This document shows positions 23,572 through 36,838 of a DNA stretch of 64,000 nt, piece by piece. The position numbers were made by a program, and so were the translations under genes. The stretch is taken from NCBI GenBank assembly GCA_951406725.2, contig OX597814.1, forward strand, positions 150,040,001 through 150,104,000. Reading direction: 5' to 3'. Origin of the DNA: Octopus vulgaris. Its lineage: Eukaryota. Each line of letters opens with the position of its first letter. Within the stretch, counting starts at the first letter, position 1. Below the pieces are notes generated by a model, which had not been told where the DNA came from, searched no databases, and saw only the letters and a list, made by a program, of their open reading frames with translations.

Positions 23572-24449
23572 GACATTTACCATGTGAACTATAATGAAAA
23601 AGATATGAGAAAGATATGGTATATAATTTTTTTGTGCAGGGATTCCTTGAGACATATAATTTATTTTAAGGGTTACACAAGGGTAAAAGGTTGAGAAACA
23701 CTGATGTAGAGCAATATACTGATGATACCTATTGAGACAGAAACTCATGTCCACAGCTGTCATCATGTCTTCAAACAATCAGACTATCTTTCTTTAAAAT
23801 GACAGTATGTTCTCAACTTAATGTGACAGTCCCATGAAAGGGAAGAATGCTACTGTTATTTAGCCCTAGAAAACACCATTTCCTGTTGGGCTTGACACAT
23901 TTCCTGTGTCCTTGCTGTGTCAAGCAGGAAACAATGTTTCCTAGGGCTAAATAACAGTAGCATTCTTCCCTTTCATGGGACTGTCACATTAAGTTGAGAA
24001 CATACTATCATTTTAAAGAAAAGATAGTCTGATTGTTTGAAGACATGATGACAGCTGTGGACATGAGTTTCTGTCTCAATAGGTATCATCAGTATATTGC
24101 TCTACATCAGTGTTTCTCAACCTTTTACCCTTGTGTAACCCTTAAAATAAATTACATGTCTCAAGGAATCCCTGCACAAAAAAATTATATACCATATCTT
24201 TCTCATATCTTTTTCATTATAGTTCACATGGTAAATGTCATATATATATATATATATATATGTATATATGGTTGTTATATTTTTTGATAACATAATAGGT
24301 TAGATAGGATGATGTCTATATTACGATATTACAATAACCAATATGTTGCACATGTATTACTATACATGTGCAACATATTGGTTATTGTAATATCGTAATA
24401 TAGACATCATCCTATCTAACCTATTATGTTATCAAAAAATATAACAACC

Positions 24450-24481
<32 letters not shown>

Positions 24482-24842
24482 GACATTTACCATGTGAACT
24501 ATAATGAAAAAGATATGAGAAAGATATGGTATATAATTTTTTTGTGCAGGGATTCCTTGAGACATGTAATTTATTTTAAGGGTTACACAAGGGTAAAAGG
24601 TTGAAAAACACTGATGTAGAGCAATATACTGATGATACCTATTGAGACAGAAACTCATGTCCACAGCTGTCATCATGTCTTCAAACAATCAGACTATCTT
24701 TTCTTTAAAATGATAGTATGTTCTCAACTTAATGTGACAGTCCCATGAAAGGGAAGAATGCTACTGTTATTTAGCCCTAGGAAACATTGTTTCCTGCTTG
24801 ACACAGCAAGGACACAGGAAATGTGTCAAGCCCAACAGGAAA
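21085..24842. repeat. Array of alternating inverted copies (period ~905 bp, ~4 periods)
   Basis: The same MFEDMMTAVD ORF alternates +,-,+,-,+,-,+,- eight times. Hairpin turns lie at ~21640, 22540, 23450 and 24360. Confidence 0.97.
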
Positions 24843-24940
24843 TATTACGATCATGAAATTAGCATTAGCTTTCTTGGGGAACCTTTTGGAAACTTTTGTG
24901 AAATCCTAGGGTTCCTGGGAACCCTGGTTGAGAAACACTG
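21393..24940. mobile_element. hAT-type MITE whose left part was amplified in the inverted array
   Basis: TIRs cagtgtttctcaacc (21393) / ggttgagaaacactg (24940); 8-bp TSD ctctacat (21385-21392, 24941-24948). Confidence 0.85.
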
Positions 24941-27900
24941 CTCTACATAATCTTCAGCTGATGAAGCTCTTCAACATATACAAAAAAGATTAGATGACAT
25001 TTATGGCCAAAGTAATTTCCATAAGAGCTAAGACATGAGAAATGAGCTAAGACAAGTAACTTAAAATAACAATCGGCATATAGTTGAACTACAAAACAAA
25101 TATAGGTATATTAAATAATATTCAAGATAAATTCTTGTTTCATTGAAATTATCTCTGATTCACTTGGTAGCAATTGTTACCAATTCCAAATATGAAGGGG
25201 AGGTAATCTCAAGAATCAAGGTTTCTCCAAAATTGACATGCCATTTAGGAAAAGACACTTTGTCTGAAAACAACAGCACAGTTGTAGGCATGTGTTTCTA
25301 CCTCAAGAGCATCATTAGCATGGCAATGGTTTGAATACATACCTATTTCTTTACTACCCACAAGGGGCTATACACAGAGAGGAAAAACAAAGACAGACAA
25401 ACTGATTAAGTCGATTACATCGACCCCAGTGCATAACTGGTACTTAATTTATCAACCCCGAAAGGATGAAAGGCAAAGTCGACGGAACTTGAACTCAGAA
25501 CATAGTGGCAGATGAAATACCATGAAGCATTTCGCCCGGTGTGCTAACGATTCTGCCAGCTCGCCGCCTTTGAATACATACCACTGGTTTGAATACATAC
25601 CACTGACAACTCTTTTAGTTCATTTTCTTTTCATTTATGCAAATTATTTATTCTATATGTTCTGTTTTTCTTTTGTTTATGTTGAAGTATGTTATCTGCT
25701 TTGAGGACACATGGTCTGGTGGCTAGAGTGTTGCACTTAGGATCACACGATCATTCTGAGACCAGTTTTGATTCTCAGACCAAGTGGAGCAGTGTATTCT
25801 TGAGCAAAACACTTCATTTCATGTTACTCCAGGCTACTCAGCTGTAAATGAGTAACCCTAAAAAGGATGCCATGAAAACCAGGTAACCAGCCATGTGAAT
25901 CCACGTGAAGCCATATGACAATTTTTACTTTTTTTCTTCACTCATCTGCTGAAGATAAAGTAGGACAATTGTATGTTTTCTTCTTGATATGTGTAATGTC
26001 CATATTATTATGCTGTTTAAGTAAACTACATTCCAAAAGGACATCTCTGATTCTATAAACTACAGATCTATCACTCTCACTATATCTCAAGGCCAACAAG
26101 GGAGTATCTCTATAGTAACTGAACATGTTAAAATAGCAGTCAAATCTCCCGTTTCTACATTTTACCAAGTATTATGCCAGCACTCTCAAAATATCTCAAA
26201 GCCAATAAAGGAAAATTTACATTGCCACTTCACATAGATATTTTTTAATTGGCCATGAGACATGTTGGCCAAAATCTTCTTTAAATCAGATGCAGTTATT
26301 TAAAAATACAAAGAGTTCTGCATTTGAAAATTAGATAGAAACTGCTTGATCAGACATATGATTAAAAGTATTCCATCCATGGCCATCTTGCTTTTTTTTC
26401 AGGCCTAGTGTACTCTAACTACATTGCCAACAAAGTGTCTTTTTCTTTTTAAAAATGGTATGGTTTAGTATGGTGAAAATTTAGCTGCTATTCTTAGCAC
26501 AAGAAGCTACTATGCAGAGGCTCACTCATTACCTTGGTTTGATCAGATAGAGTCAGGTAGACTCTGTACTTAAACAGTTTTTCCAGAAACTTCTAATTTA
26601 AGAGTTTAGAGCCCAGTGATACAGACAGAATTTGTGCAGCTCAAGAAAGACCTTGAGTACCTCATCACCATGCAAAATACAATAATATATTTATAGAGTT
26701 CAGCACCCCACTAACGACAAACAATCCACTGCAGGTAGATTGTCCTCTCCCTTTTTCATTTCATTTTAGCTACACAATTCTTAGAGCCTATTGTGTTAAA
26801 ATTTTATAAATAGATTCTCATGTCAGACATGGTTGGACACTTTATTGATGTCAAAAGTAATTACATTGTTTTTACTGTATCTGTAATGTATTAGATCAGA
26901 TCACTGGTAAATCTGCCTCTATAGCAACCATAACGGTAATCAATGAAGAGATAACAAAAAATGCAAGTTCATAAAGTAATCAATTACAACTCCCCATCAA
27001 TCACATAGCTAGATCTGCGGTAGCTCTTGGTATCATTTGGTAGTCCTTGAGTTGGCTGTCTCTACCCACGAAAAGCAACACTATACATATATAATGTGCT
27101 ATCTTCCAAAAATACCACTTGGGACAAACTGTTCCCTTTCCTCAATTCATCTATGCTAGTGGTTTCAATAGCCTCTGAGCTATTTGTTGTTGAGCATATG
27201 GCCAACCTTCATTGAGCTGTACTGTCATCAAACATATTCCTGTCAAGATAACCTCATCTTTTGTTTTCCAGGTATAATGGCATATTTCATTATGAAAAGT
27301 GTTCTTCCATTTTTAAGGCAGTAGATTATAATTTGAGGGAGATTTCCCAACTATTTCCAGCAAGTCGAACAACATATTGTGACACCTTTGTTGATTCAAC
27401 CTTTCAGATATTAAACATGAAGAAATGATATATCAGTTGTTAAGTGACTCACAATCATTATTATAAAATAAACCCTTATCATAAATACAAGAAATTAGTG
27501 TTATTATTAGACTCTGGCATGCAGATATATTCCTTGCTTATTTTTATCACAGGCGGATAATAACCCCTTGAAGGTGATGAGGTGCATTATTGTGTATATC
27601 CTTATGATGGCAATAGAGCAAATAGCAGCCACATTTCCCTCAAACTGTTCCCATGAAAGTATGGAAAAAATTACTTTTTTTCTTAGACTGATCTGGAGAA
27701 AATGCTTTGTGTGTATCATTCATAAACACTAAAATGTTGAAAGTAAAATAGCAATATAGAGTAACTGAAAGCAATTAGCCACTCCAATGAAGGAACTTCA
27801 ACCTTGTTGCTCAACCTGCGAGAAATAATAGCTAAATTTTCCTCAAATCATAACCAACCGCCATAAGAAAAGAAGGACACATTGGACATTAGAGGCTAAG

Positions 27901-28278
27901 TATATTATGTCCGCAAAACATGTATGAGAGTTAAAAAATAGAATGCCCTTGATCACAGGTCTGCTTGATCAGGGTTACCTGGGGTTAAATAACAGCGACA
28001 ACAACAATAACTAACCTCTAACCGATATAATGTGGGAGTCTTTATGTGGTTGCTTGATCAGATAGAAATAACAGGCAGATCTCCTTCAAATTGCACCTGA
28101 CCATCTTTAAAAATAGTTTAGAGCACATTGGATGATAAAGCTTAAGATGCCTTTCAAAAGACTGGATGGCCATGGTTGGAATGTATTTACTCATAGATTA
28201 AAGGTTAAGCAACAACAACCAAAACAACAACAATGACAGCAACTAACCTACTTAATAAGCCCTTTTGTATGTTTCCAG

Positions 28279-28398
28279 GGTCTGAAAGCAACCCTTCAAT
28301 CAATGGATATCGAAATGCCAAGAACTGAGAGCAGTATCAACAACCGTGTGGCTCTCATGAAACAACTACATATTGAGAAACTGATGAAGAAGAATAAG
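28279..28398 (+). CDS. MINDY4: MINDY4/FAM188B deubiquitinase, coding exon (probably exon 2)
   Basis: tttccag|GGT...AAG|gtatgt, 120 nt, phase 0/0. Translates GLKATLQSMDIEMPRTESSINNRVALMKQLHIEKLMKKNK, recognisably similar to the vertebrate MINDY4 N-terminus as recalled ([23 protein letters not shown]...LHLEFLYKENK). Confidence 0.92.
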
Positions 28399-30584
28399 GT
28401 ATGTATGCCACCTCTGCAGCTGTATCAATTCAGTTCAACTTTTTAACTTTTATTTAAGCTCTTTCCTCCTTATTGAGCATAGGCCATTGTTGGCTTTTTA
28501 CTACTGTTCTCAACTCTGGGCTGTCTTTTCCTCTCCTAAGTCTTAGTTTGAATTATCAACAATCCTTCTGTAACTTTGCCTTTTTTCTGTGTAGAGAGTG
28601 TTGGTCGAATGTAAACCTATTTTTACCTTTGGGAAGAGGTGGTCCATATTAACCTGGCTTCTGTCCTTTGACCTATCCATCACAGAAGACCCTGCTAGGA
28701 GCTTGCACTCTCCTGTGGAGGCATGTGGCTTAGTGATTACGGTGTTGGACCCATGATCATAAGATTGTTGTCTCAATTCCTGGACCAGGTGATATGTTGT
28801 GTCCTTGAGCAAAAAGCTTCATTTCACGTTGCTCCAGTCCACTCAGCTGGCAAAAATGAGTAATCCTGTGATGGACTGGCATCCAGGTGGGGGATATATA
28901 CACCATGGAAACTAGGAAACTAGCCTTTATGAGTCAGCATGACTTGAGAAAGAAACTTTCCCTTTTTTTCACCTTGCACTTTCCCGGAATAGCTCTCAGG
29001 ATCATTGAAGCAGCAATGCACCTCATCACAACGAGGATTTGACCTTGTAGTGGAATTCGATTCACGACTCTATTTTGGATGCATGCATGGCCATGAGGTT
29101 AAGAAATATGGTTTGCAGTTTTATGGTTTCAGGTTCATTCTCTCTCCAAAGCACCTTGGGTTAACCAAAGCCTTATAAAAGAAATTTGGTTGTGAGAAAC
29201 TGTTGGAAAACATGTCATCAATTATTTTTATTTTTGAGTGGAATATTCAATCCACCATCAAGTTTAACATAACCATCTCAATTTTTGCATTCAGGCCAGA
29301 TCCTTGGTTTGAGATTAAATGTGTGTTTACCTCATCCCAGCCACAGAGCCCAGAAAAGGGCCATGGTTATTACTCTTCCCTCTCTAGCTGCTACAAAACA
29401 TATTTTCCCCATTTTTAGATCTGTTTTGCATTGCTGATATGGGTCAATTGTTTTACTTCTTTATGCAACTATTGTTTATGATGTCTTTTAGCCCTAGGCC
29501 TTTCCAGCTTTGTGCAGATTTATCCTATCTTTTTATCAATCTACTTCTACACTGTACAAGGTGGCCTATTTTTCAAGTTTGCAGAGTATTTATAGTATAT
29601 TTGGAGGCATAAAAGGTGCATATTAGATGCGCCCTAATTACAGTAACTTATATTCATGAAAAAGTGTTTTTAAATCATTAAATCTTTTGGGAGGCCCAAC
29701 TTCGATTATAGGACTCATTTGAGGCATTTTGTTTGGTAAAAAGTGCTCTTTATATGCCACCAAATACATTTCCATTGTGAATACTAGCATGTCACTACAG
29801 TTGTTTTTACACCTGAATAATTTGGCAGTATCATTGAGCATTGGAGAAAATACCTTACAATGTTTAATTATAGCTTTTCATGTTCTAAGTTCAAATCTCA
29901 CTGATGTCGACTTCACTTTTCATCCTTTCAGAGTCAATAAAATGAAATACTAGTTTAATACTGCGGTTGATGGTTATTGACTAATTCCCTCCCTCAAATT
30001 TCTAGCTTTGTACCTCTGCTACAAGCAATCATCTATTATTAATCATTTAATCCCTCAACTGAGAAGCAGGAATGAAATTTGAGGTTTTTTTTTGTTTTTG
30101 TTTTTGTTTTCATTCAGCCAAACTAACTGGAACATGAAAAAAAATTATGTACCTTGTTTAGAAACACAATAGAATGACACCAGAAAAGTGTAACCCAAAA
30201 TACACAGAAAAAAATTATAGATAGTCATGGATGGAATGCTTTTGATTGTAGGGTCTTGTTGATCTAAGATGACTTGAGGTTAAATAAAAACCTCTGTTCT
30301 ACCAACAAATTACTTGTTATACTCTGTAGTGTAGATTGTAGCTGCTGACCTTCTTGTCTTGTTGGTTTGTTAAATAAATGATGTTGTTTAACCCCAGCTT
30401 AGCCTTCATTGAGCCATTCTATGATCAAAAGTATATCAGCCATGACTGTCCTATCTTTCTTTCTTGTTTGCCAGTGTGTCTGGGACTATCCAGTATGTTT
30501 CGTTTTGAAACAATAAAGCAGTATTACTCACTCTGTTTGGTTGGTGGCACTATCTATCTATCTATCTGCTCACTATCTATCTAT

Positions 30585-30782
30585 CTATCTGCTCAGTGTC
30601 CTCCAGTCAGTTCCATCCTGGGCCACTTCTTTCAGATTGGCTATGTCCATTCCGGTATCACTCTTGATGGTGTCAAGCCAGCGGGTTCTTGGTTGGCCTC
30701 TTCCTCTCTTGCCATTGACCATTCCGAGCATGATGTCCTTCTCCAGGGATTTTCTCCGCATAATATGACCAAAATATGCCAA
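30585..30782 (-). mobile_element. RTE-clade LINE 3' end with (TAGA)n tail
   Basis: YFGHIMRR..LEKDIMLG.V.GKRGRGQPRTRWLD is a typical RTE C-terminus; tail at 30551-30590. Confidence 0.88.
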
Positions 30783-31095
30783 TTAGAGAAGAACCACCAT
30801 ACGCACATATTTATATATATAATACAAACACATATATACATATATACATATATGGTGGCACACTGAGGATTAAATAAGAAATAGCAGCACTCTGGAGATT
30901 AAATAAAAAAAATAGTGGTGCACTGGAGATTGAGTTAAATAATTGGACCATACTGGATGTTATATGGAAAGTAGTGGCACACAGGAGACTTAAGAGAAAA
31001 TATACTGGTCCATTTCACATTCAAAGTTAGACAAAAATATATATGCTAGATTTGAAAATTAGAAAAGATCCAGAAAATTCTTGATTACCTTGATT

Positions 31096-31675
31096 TCATC
31101 ATCATCATCATCGTTTAACGTCCGCTTTCCATGCTAGCATGGGTTGGACGATTTTGACTGAGGGCTGGCAAACCAGATGGCTACACCAGGCTCCAATCTT
31201 GATCTGGCAGAGTTTCTACAGCTGGATGCCCTTCCTGATGCCAACTACACCGAGAGCATAGTGGGTGCTTTTTACGTGCCACCAGCATGAGGGCCAGTCA
31301 GGCGGTACTGGCAATGACCTCGCTCGAATCTTTTTACACATGCCACCTGCGCATGTACCAGTAAGGTGACGCTGGTAATGATCAGACTCAAATGGTGCCT
31401 TTTACGTTCCACCGGCACGGAAGCCAGTTACTCGCTCTGGCAATGATCACACTCAGATTGTGCTCTTAGCACCCTACTAGCATGGGCACAAGTGCCAGTA
31501 AGGTGACGCTGGTAACGATCACACTCGAATGGTGCCTTTTATGTGCTACTGGCACAGAAGCCGGTTAGCCGCTCTGTCAACGATCACACTCGTATGGTGC
31601 TCTTTGCACCCCGCTAGCCCAGATGCCAGTCATCGAATTTGATTTTGATTTTGATTTCACTTGCCTCAACAGGGC
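31096..31675 (-). mobile_element. SINE/LINE-tail family E with internal tandem subrepeats
   Basis: (CAT)n-cgtttaacgtccgctttccatgctagcatggg... end shared with ~36110-36380, 37090-37265, 54930-55270, 58325-58495 and 62450-62675. Confidence 0.75.
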
Positions 31676-31848
31676 TTGATTTATTAAACATATTTGTATG
31701 ATCAACTTCCATCCTCCCCTCAAAATGCTGGCCTTGTGCCAAAATTAGTAAACATTATTATAAAATAAACCCTTATCATAATACAAGAAATTAATGTTAT
31801 TATTAGACTCTGGCATGCAGATATCTTCCCTGCTTATTTTTATCACAG

Positions 31849-31990
31849 GCGGATAGTAACCCCTTGAGGAGTATGGTAGAAGTTGTTACAAAATTTATTT
31901 TGGAACAATCTGACTTTTGTAATACCATCCTTGCGAAATCAAATTCTTCTTCAAAGTCATCTCAACTAAATACAGCTTCAGAAAGAAAAG
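31849..31990 (+). CDS. MINDY4: MINDY4 coding exon
   Basis: ttttatcacag|GCG...AAA G|gtaaaa, 142 nt, phase 0/1. ADSNPLRSMVEVVTKFILEQSDFCNTILAKSNSSSKSSQLNTASERK; the start resembles MINDY4 AKENPLKTSLELITRYFL. Confidence 0.9.
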
Positions 31991-32239
31991 GTAAAACTTT
32001 TTTTTTCTCTCTTTCTATCTTGTATAAAATTAATGTCTAAAGAGTACATGTAAATGGTTTAGTTTAATAAGAACTTACACCCACCAACACACACACATAC
32101 GCGCACGTATATATATATATATATACATACATACATACATACATACATACATCATATATATATATACACAGACACACATACATATATTATGTATTATGTA
32201 TTATACATACATACATGTATAAAATATAAATAATATATA

Positions 32240-32283
<44 letters not shown>

Positions 32284-32469
32284 TATATGGATACAGGACA
32301 TCACCAACTGTGTAAACAACATGAAATATGAAAACAAACAAGTTAAATATACAAAAGTGAGAGAAAAAAATGGCAAATAAGACATATGTATATAATGTAT
32401 GTGCATATACGCACATAGTTATATATATATAATACAAGTACACACATATATATATATATATATATGCTG

Positions 32470-33200
32470 GCAGAGCCCTCATGTACCTTCCCCATATCTT
32501 CCCATCAAAAGCATCCATCTTTACACTTTCCTGTTGCATTTCCAGGTGTGACCATGGTCTATCTCTAAGTCTTTTGCCAAACGTCTTGGTTTGAAGAATC
32601 TATCTTGTATTCCTTTCCTGTGGGTTTCTAACCACTTGCCCATAGTACTAGAGCTATGACCTCTCAGTGTAGAGAAGTAGCAACACAAACTGGAAAGACA
32701 CTGACCACTGAGCAACACATTCTGTTGACTAACATCACTCCAGAGATCCCCTTTCAGCCACTTGTCCCTTGTATTTGTAATCACATGCTCACGAACATAG
32801 GTGATGATAGGAATAAAAGTTATATTAAAGATAGCATTTTTTTTTTTTTTTTTGGATAACAACTTCTCTTTTTAGGCTTTGAATCTTGAAGTTGGTTCAT
32901 TACTGTGCCAGCATCTGCAGTTTTGGCATCCTGTTCAACCTCCCATGACTTATAAATGTGGATCTGAAATATTTAAATTTCTCCACTTGCCTCAGTGATG
33001 TTCCACTAACATGCAAAATGTGTTGGGATGACTTTCTTGAGAGAACCAATATCTAAATCTTTGCAACACTAATTCTTATCCTTGCATTGCAGCACTTGGC
33101 GGTGAATCCATTCAGTGCATGTTTGAGATCCCCTTCAAATGAGCCAAATAGCACCATGTCATCTGCAATTATCAGCTGAATTCTTAATCACTCAGCCATT
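32470..33200 (-). pseudogene. Decayed non-LTR (RTE-like) reverse transcriptase fragment
   Basis: Minus strand reads QLIIADDMVLFGS (~33140-33178) and VEKFKYFRS (~32960-32987). Confidence 0.7.
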
Positions 33201-33231
33201 TGTAAATATATTGGTTTCAAATTTTGATTAA

Positions 33232-33451
33232 CCCTTTTGTTACTGTATTTATTTTGAGATGCTCTGTGTTTCTTTCAATTACTTTAAATATAACAAAGAA
33301 TTTAGTAAAATAACTTCGTTATCATTCAGCTAGTGTTAGGAACATAAATTGTGTCTAAGGCTTGGTGGAAGATTTTAATTCAAAACTTATGAAAACAAGA
33401 CATTAGTACTCAGAGCCAGAGCCGGTTTCAGCCGGGTTGGTAACAAAAGGG
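33232..33451. mobile_element. TTAA-flanked (piggyBac-type) MITE
   Basis: ttaa|cccttttgttac ... gtaacaaaaggg|ttaa. Other copies at ~33527-33998, 41990-42210, 49396-49606 and 52115-52336. Confidence 0.85.
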
Positions 33452-33600
33452 TTAAACACATTAGTCTGTAAACTAGTTTAATGTTGTTACTCATATCTTC
33501 TAAGGTTACATAAAATTAGCTGTTAACCCTTTTGTTACCGTGTTTATTTTGGGATGCTCTGTGTTTTTTTCAGTTAATTTTAAATATAACAAAGAATTCA

Positions 33601-33857
33601 GTAAGGCTAGCCACTGGATTTGGTTAAAAAGAGACGATGAGCGATGGCTAGAAGACTATTGAGCTTTATTTGATAACCAGCTGATCTAGCAAGTGGGGCC
33701 TCATATCAGTGAGGGGGGCCGGTGCGCATTGGTGCCATTGAGAGGTAGGCCCCGAAACGGCACGCATTCTCTCCTGATGACCCTGTTCACTTGCTGGCTT
33801 CCGGTATGCAGAGTTTTTGACTGGTACCACTTGCATGTGCAAGTTGTTTGCAAGACA
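33601..33857 (-). mobile_element. Probable solo LTR nested in a TTAA MITE
   Basis: GC-rich 257-bp insert absent from sister MITE copies. On the minus strand it begins TGT, ends CCTTAC and has AATAAA ~65 nt before the end. Confidence 0.6.
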
Positions 33858-34208
33858 ACTTAGTTATCATTAAGCTGGTGCTAGGAACACAAATTGTGAC
33901 CAAAGTTTAGTGAAAGATTTTCATTCAAAACTTATGAAGACAAGACATTTGTGCTACAGAGCCAGTGGCAGTTTCAACCAGGTTGGTATCAAAAGGGCTA
34001 AAGGAGATAAATGTATTAGCTTTCTTGTATCAAGAGAAAATAGAGTGGCACAGCTTCCAGCCATATCATTGATCATAATCAGAATAATACTGTGGTCATT
34101 GTATCTTTTATATCAGAGCCTTCATTTCACACAACACCAACAAAATCAATTAATAATTTCTATGACAAGAAGGAGGCTTCTATTCTGTTGTTGATGGTTT
34201 GTTTTCAG

Positions 34209-34363
34209 AAGATAAAGAGGAAAGAAAAGAAATGATGGATGTCAACAAATTTCCTGTAAAATCTTCTCTGATTGGAGCTAATGGAGATTTTTCACCAAAG
34301 ACGCAGAATGAAATTGCTAGTCAAGTGAAAAGTACCAATAATTCTAGAAAGCTAAATGGACAT
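34209..34363 (+). CDS. MINDY4: MINDY4 coding exon (low-complexity linker)
   Basis: gttttcag|AA GAT...CAT|gtaagt, 155 nt, phase 1/0, matching both neighbours. EDKEERKEMMDVNKF...RKLNGH, within ORF 34199..34483. Confidence 0.82.
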
Positions 34364-34975
34364 GTAAGTATTCTTTTCCTTTTTTTCCTTTTCTTACTTC
34401 TTTCAGTCATTGGGCTGGAGCCATGTTTGGGGCACTATCTTGAAGTGTTTAGTCAAACAGATCAACTCCAGTACTCATTTTAAAGCCTGGTACTAATTTC
34501 ATTGGTCTCTTTCACCAAAACATTAAGCTTCAGGAATGTAAACAAACCAGCACCCATTGTCAAGTGATGGAAGGAAGGACAACCAAAAGCACAACGACAC
34601 ACACACACACACATACACACACATTTATTATAAACATATTAGATACTCACGCACACACTCACACACACCATTCCCACATACACATATGCACTTGTGAACC
34701 TTAGCTTCGTCTGGGTCACTATTATTATCTTCTTTTCATTCAGCCTCTTTCTTTTGGCCATTTCATCATGTTGAACCATTAATCTTTAAATATTTTTTTC
34801 TCTCCGTTTCTTTCGTTCTCTCTCTGTTTTTGTTTTTCCTTCTCAATCCTTTCTGTTGAAGAGCGTAGACTCAAAATGTCAAAACTCTTCCATTCTTCCT
34901 GAGTGTTAAACTTAAACACCTGACCTGTTTGTTGTTCCCTCACCTGTCTTTGTCTTCTGTTTTCTGTAAATTTGA

Positions 34976-35029
<54 letters not shown>

Positions 35030-35031
<2 letters not shown>

Positions 35032-35401
35032 AGTACAAAGTGAAATAGGGGTTATGAGTGTAACCCACTATGGGATATCAGTTATCCAATATACTGCTAG
35101 TGAAGTACCCAAAAGACAAATACATAAATGCATATAATTGCAATGCAATTAATTCATTTATTGTATTAGATGGGCGAAGGTAAAATATTTTACCTCAAAT
35201 TCATAATACAAATAAGAAAATGGAGGAACAGATTCCTTTCAATCATCGACTTACAGATATTACCAATTCATATTATTTATTAACTACTTAAATAGGAACA
35301 TCCAAATCCAACAGAATAAAACAATATACATCAATAAGTAAGATAATACCATTATCTGTAAGTCGATGATTGAAAGGAATCTGTTCCTCCATTTTCTTAT
35401 T

Positions 35402-35405
<4 letters not shown>
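35030..35405. mobile_element. (TA)n-embedded element with ~50-bp inverted repeat; diverged inverted copy at 37660-38143
   Basis: 35207-35258 is the reverse complement of 35353-35404. 35030-35260 matches ~37910-38143 in reverse orientation. Confidence 0.7.
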
Positions 35406-35445
<40 letters not shown>

Positions 35446-36380
35446 CACCCATATATATATATGTGTGACAGGCTTCCACTCATCTTTCGTGTACCAAATC
35501 ATAGATATTGTTTGATCATATGATAGTTATGTGATAATACCACCATATTATAATGTTGCAGTGATATATTAAAATAAATGAAATACTTGGATATGCTTTC
35601 AATGACTGTAAGCTTCATCTTAATCTGGAACTGTGTGTACATGCATAATCCCACACACATGCACACAGGCACTTGTGCACATATTCACATACTCTCTCAA
35701 ATACTCACACCAGCTTTTCTGTTTCTAACTTCAAGCAAATTGTTGCTCAATGTAAATGTAGATTTGTTACAATAGTGCAAGCAAGGCTATGCTATTTAAA
35801 GTTTGCTATCATTGGGTGGTACTTCAAGCAAATGCCTTCTACCTTAGTCTCAGTTTAACTCAAGCTTTTTGAATGAAACTAGATAGATGGCAACAGTATA
35901 GAAGCTTGACAGATGAAGTATACATGTTCTTGGATTCTTTTGCAAATTGCGGACAACAAACGCTGACACATGAAGTGCCACAGCAGAATTAGGTCGAGAC
36001 AGAAAATACACAAAAATCATTAAGAAATAAAATACTGCACAAGATATCATGTTATATAATGATATCGTATAGCAAATGTCATATAGAAATATATATATAT
36101 ATATATGGTCATCGCCAGTACCGCCTTACTGGCCCATGTGTAAAAATTCGAGCGAGGTCGTTGCTAGTACCGCCTGACTGGCCCCCATGCCGGTGGCACA
36201 TGAAATCACCTGCTACACTCTCGGAGTGGTTGGCGTTAGGAAGGGCATCCAGCTGTAGAAACTCTGCCAGATCAAGACTGGAGCTTGGTGTAGCCATCTG
36301 GTTCGGCAGCTCACAGTCAAACCATCCAACCCATGCTAGCATGGAAAGCGGACGTTAAACGACGATGATAATGATGATGA

Positions 36381-36420
<40 letters not shown>

Positions 36421-36838
36421 CCTTTAAGTTCGTTTACAGGAAGCATTTTGAATATGCAAATAAAAGCTCTTATTCTATTATGCCTGCTACAGCCTAATGA
36501 TGCTAACTCGTGATACCAGTTTTTGGGGGGTTACACTGAACTGTACCGATATAATGTAGGATAAATATCATCATCATCATCATCATCATCATGCCTGTTT
36601 TTCATGCAAACTTTTGTCCTCCTCAGATATAATCCCTACAGTAACAGGAATCCCTCAAGTCATATTTTGCTGTGTTAAAATTGTATATAAAGACTAATTG
36701 GCAGGAAAAAATGTTCACTGGATGCTACACTTCCTTCTGTCACTAAACGTTAGAAAAACTATTTCTAATGAGTAAATGGGAAAAAAACTAAAATAAATTT
36801 CGTTAAGTGAGCCTATTTCATATATATACACACACACA

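Noticed and set aside
21318-24688. Eight near-identical MFEDMMTAVD ORFs resembling a gene cluster
   Set aside because: They start at TTG, run into MITE and (TA)n sequence with variable frameshifts, and simply reflect the inverted array.
33745-33790. gaaac...ctgatga inside the solo LTR as a type-II hammerhead
   Set aside because: Sequence after CTGATGA (ccctg) cannot pair with that before GAAA (cccc), and there is no valid stem I or III.
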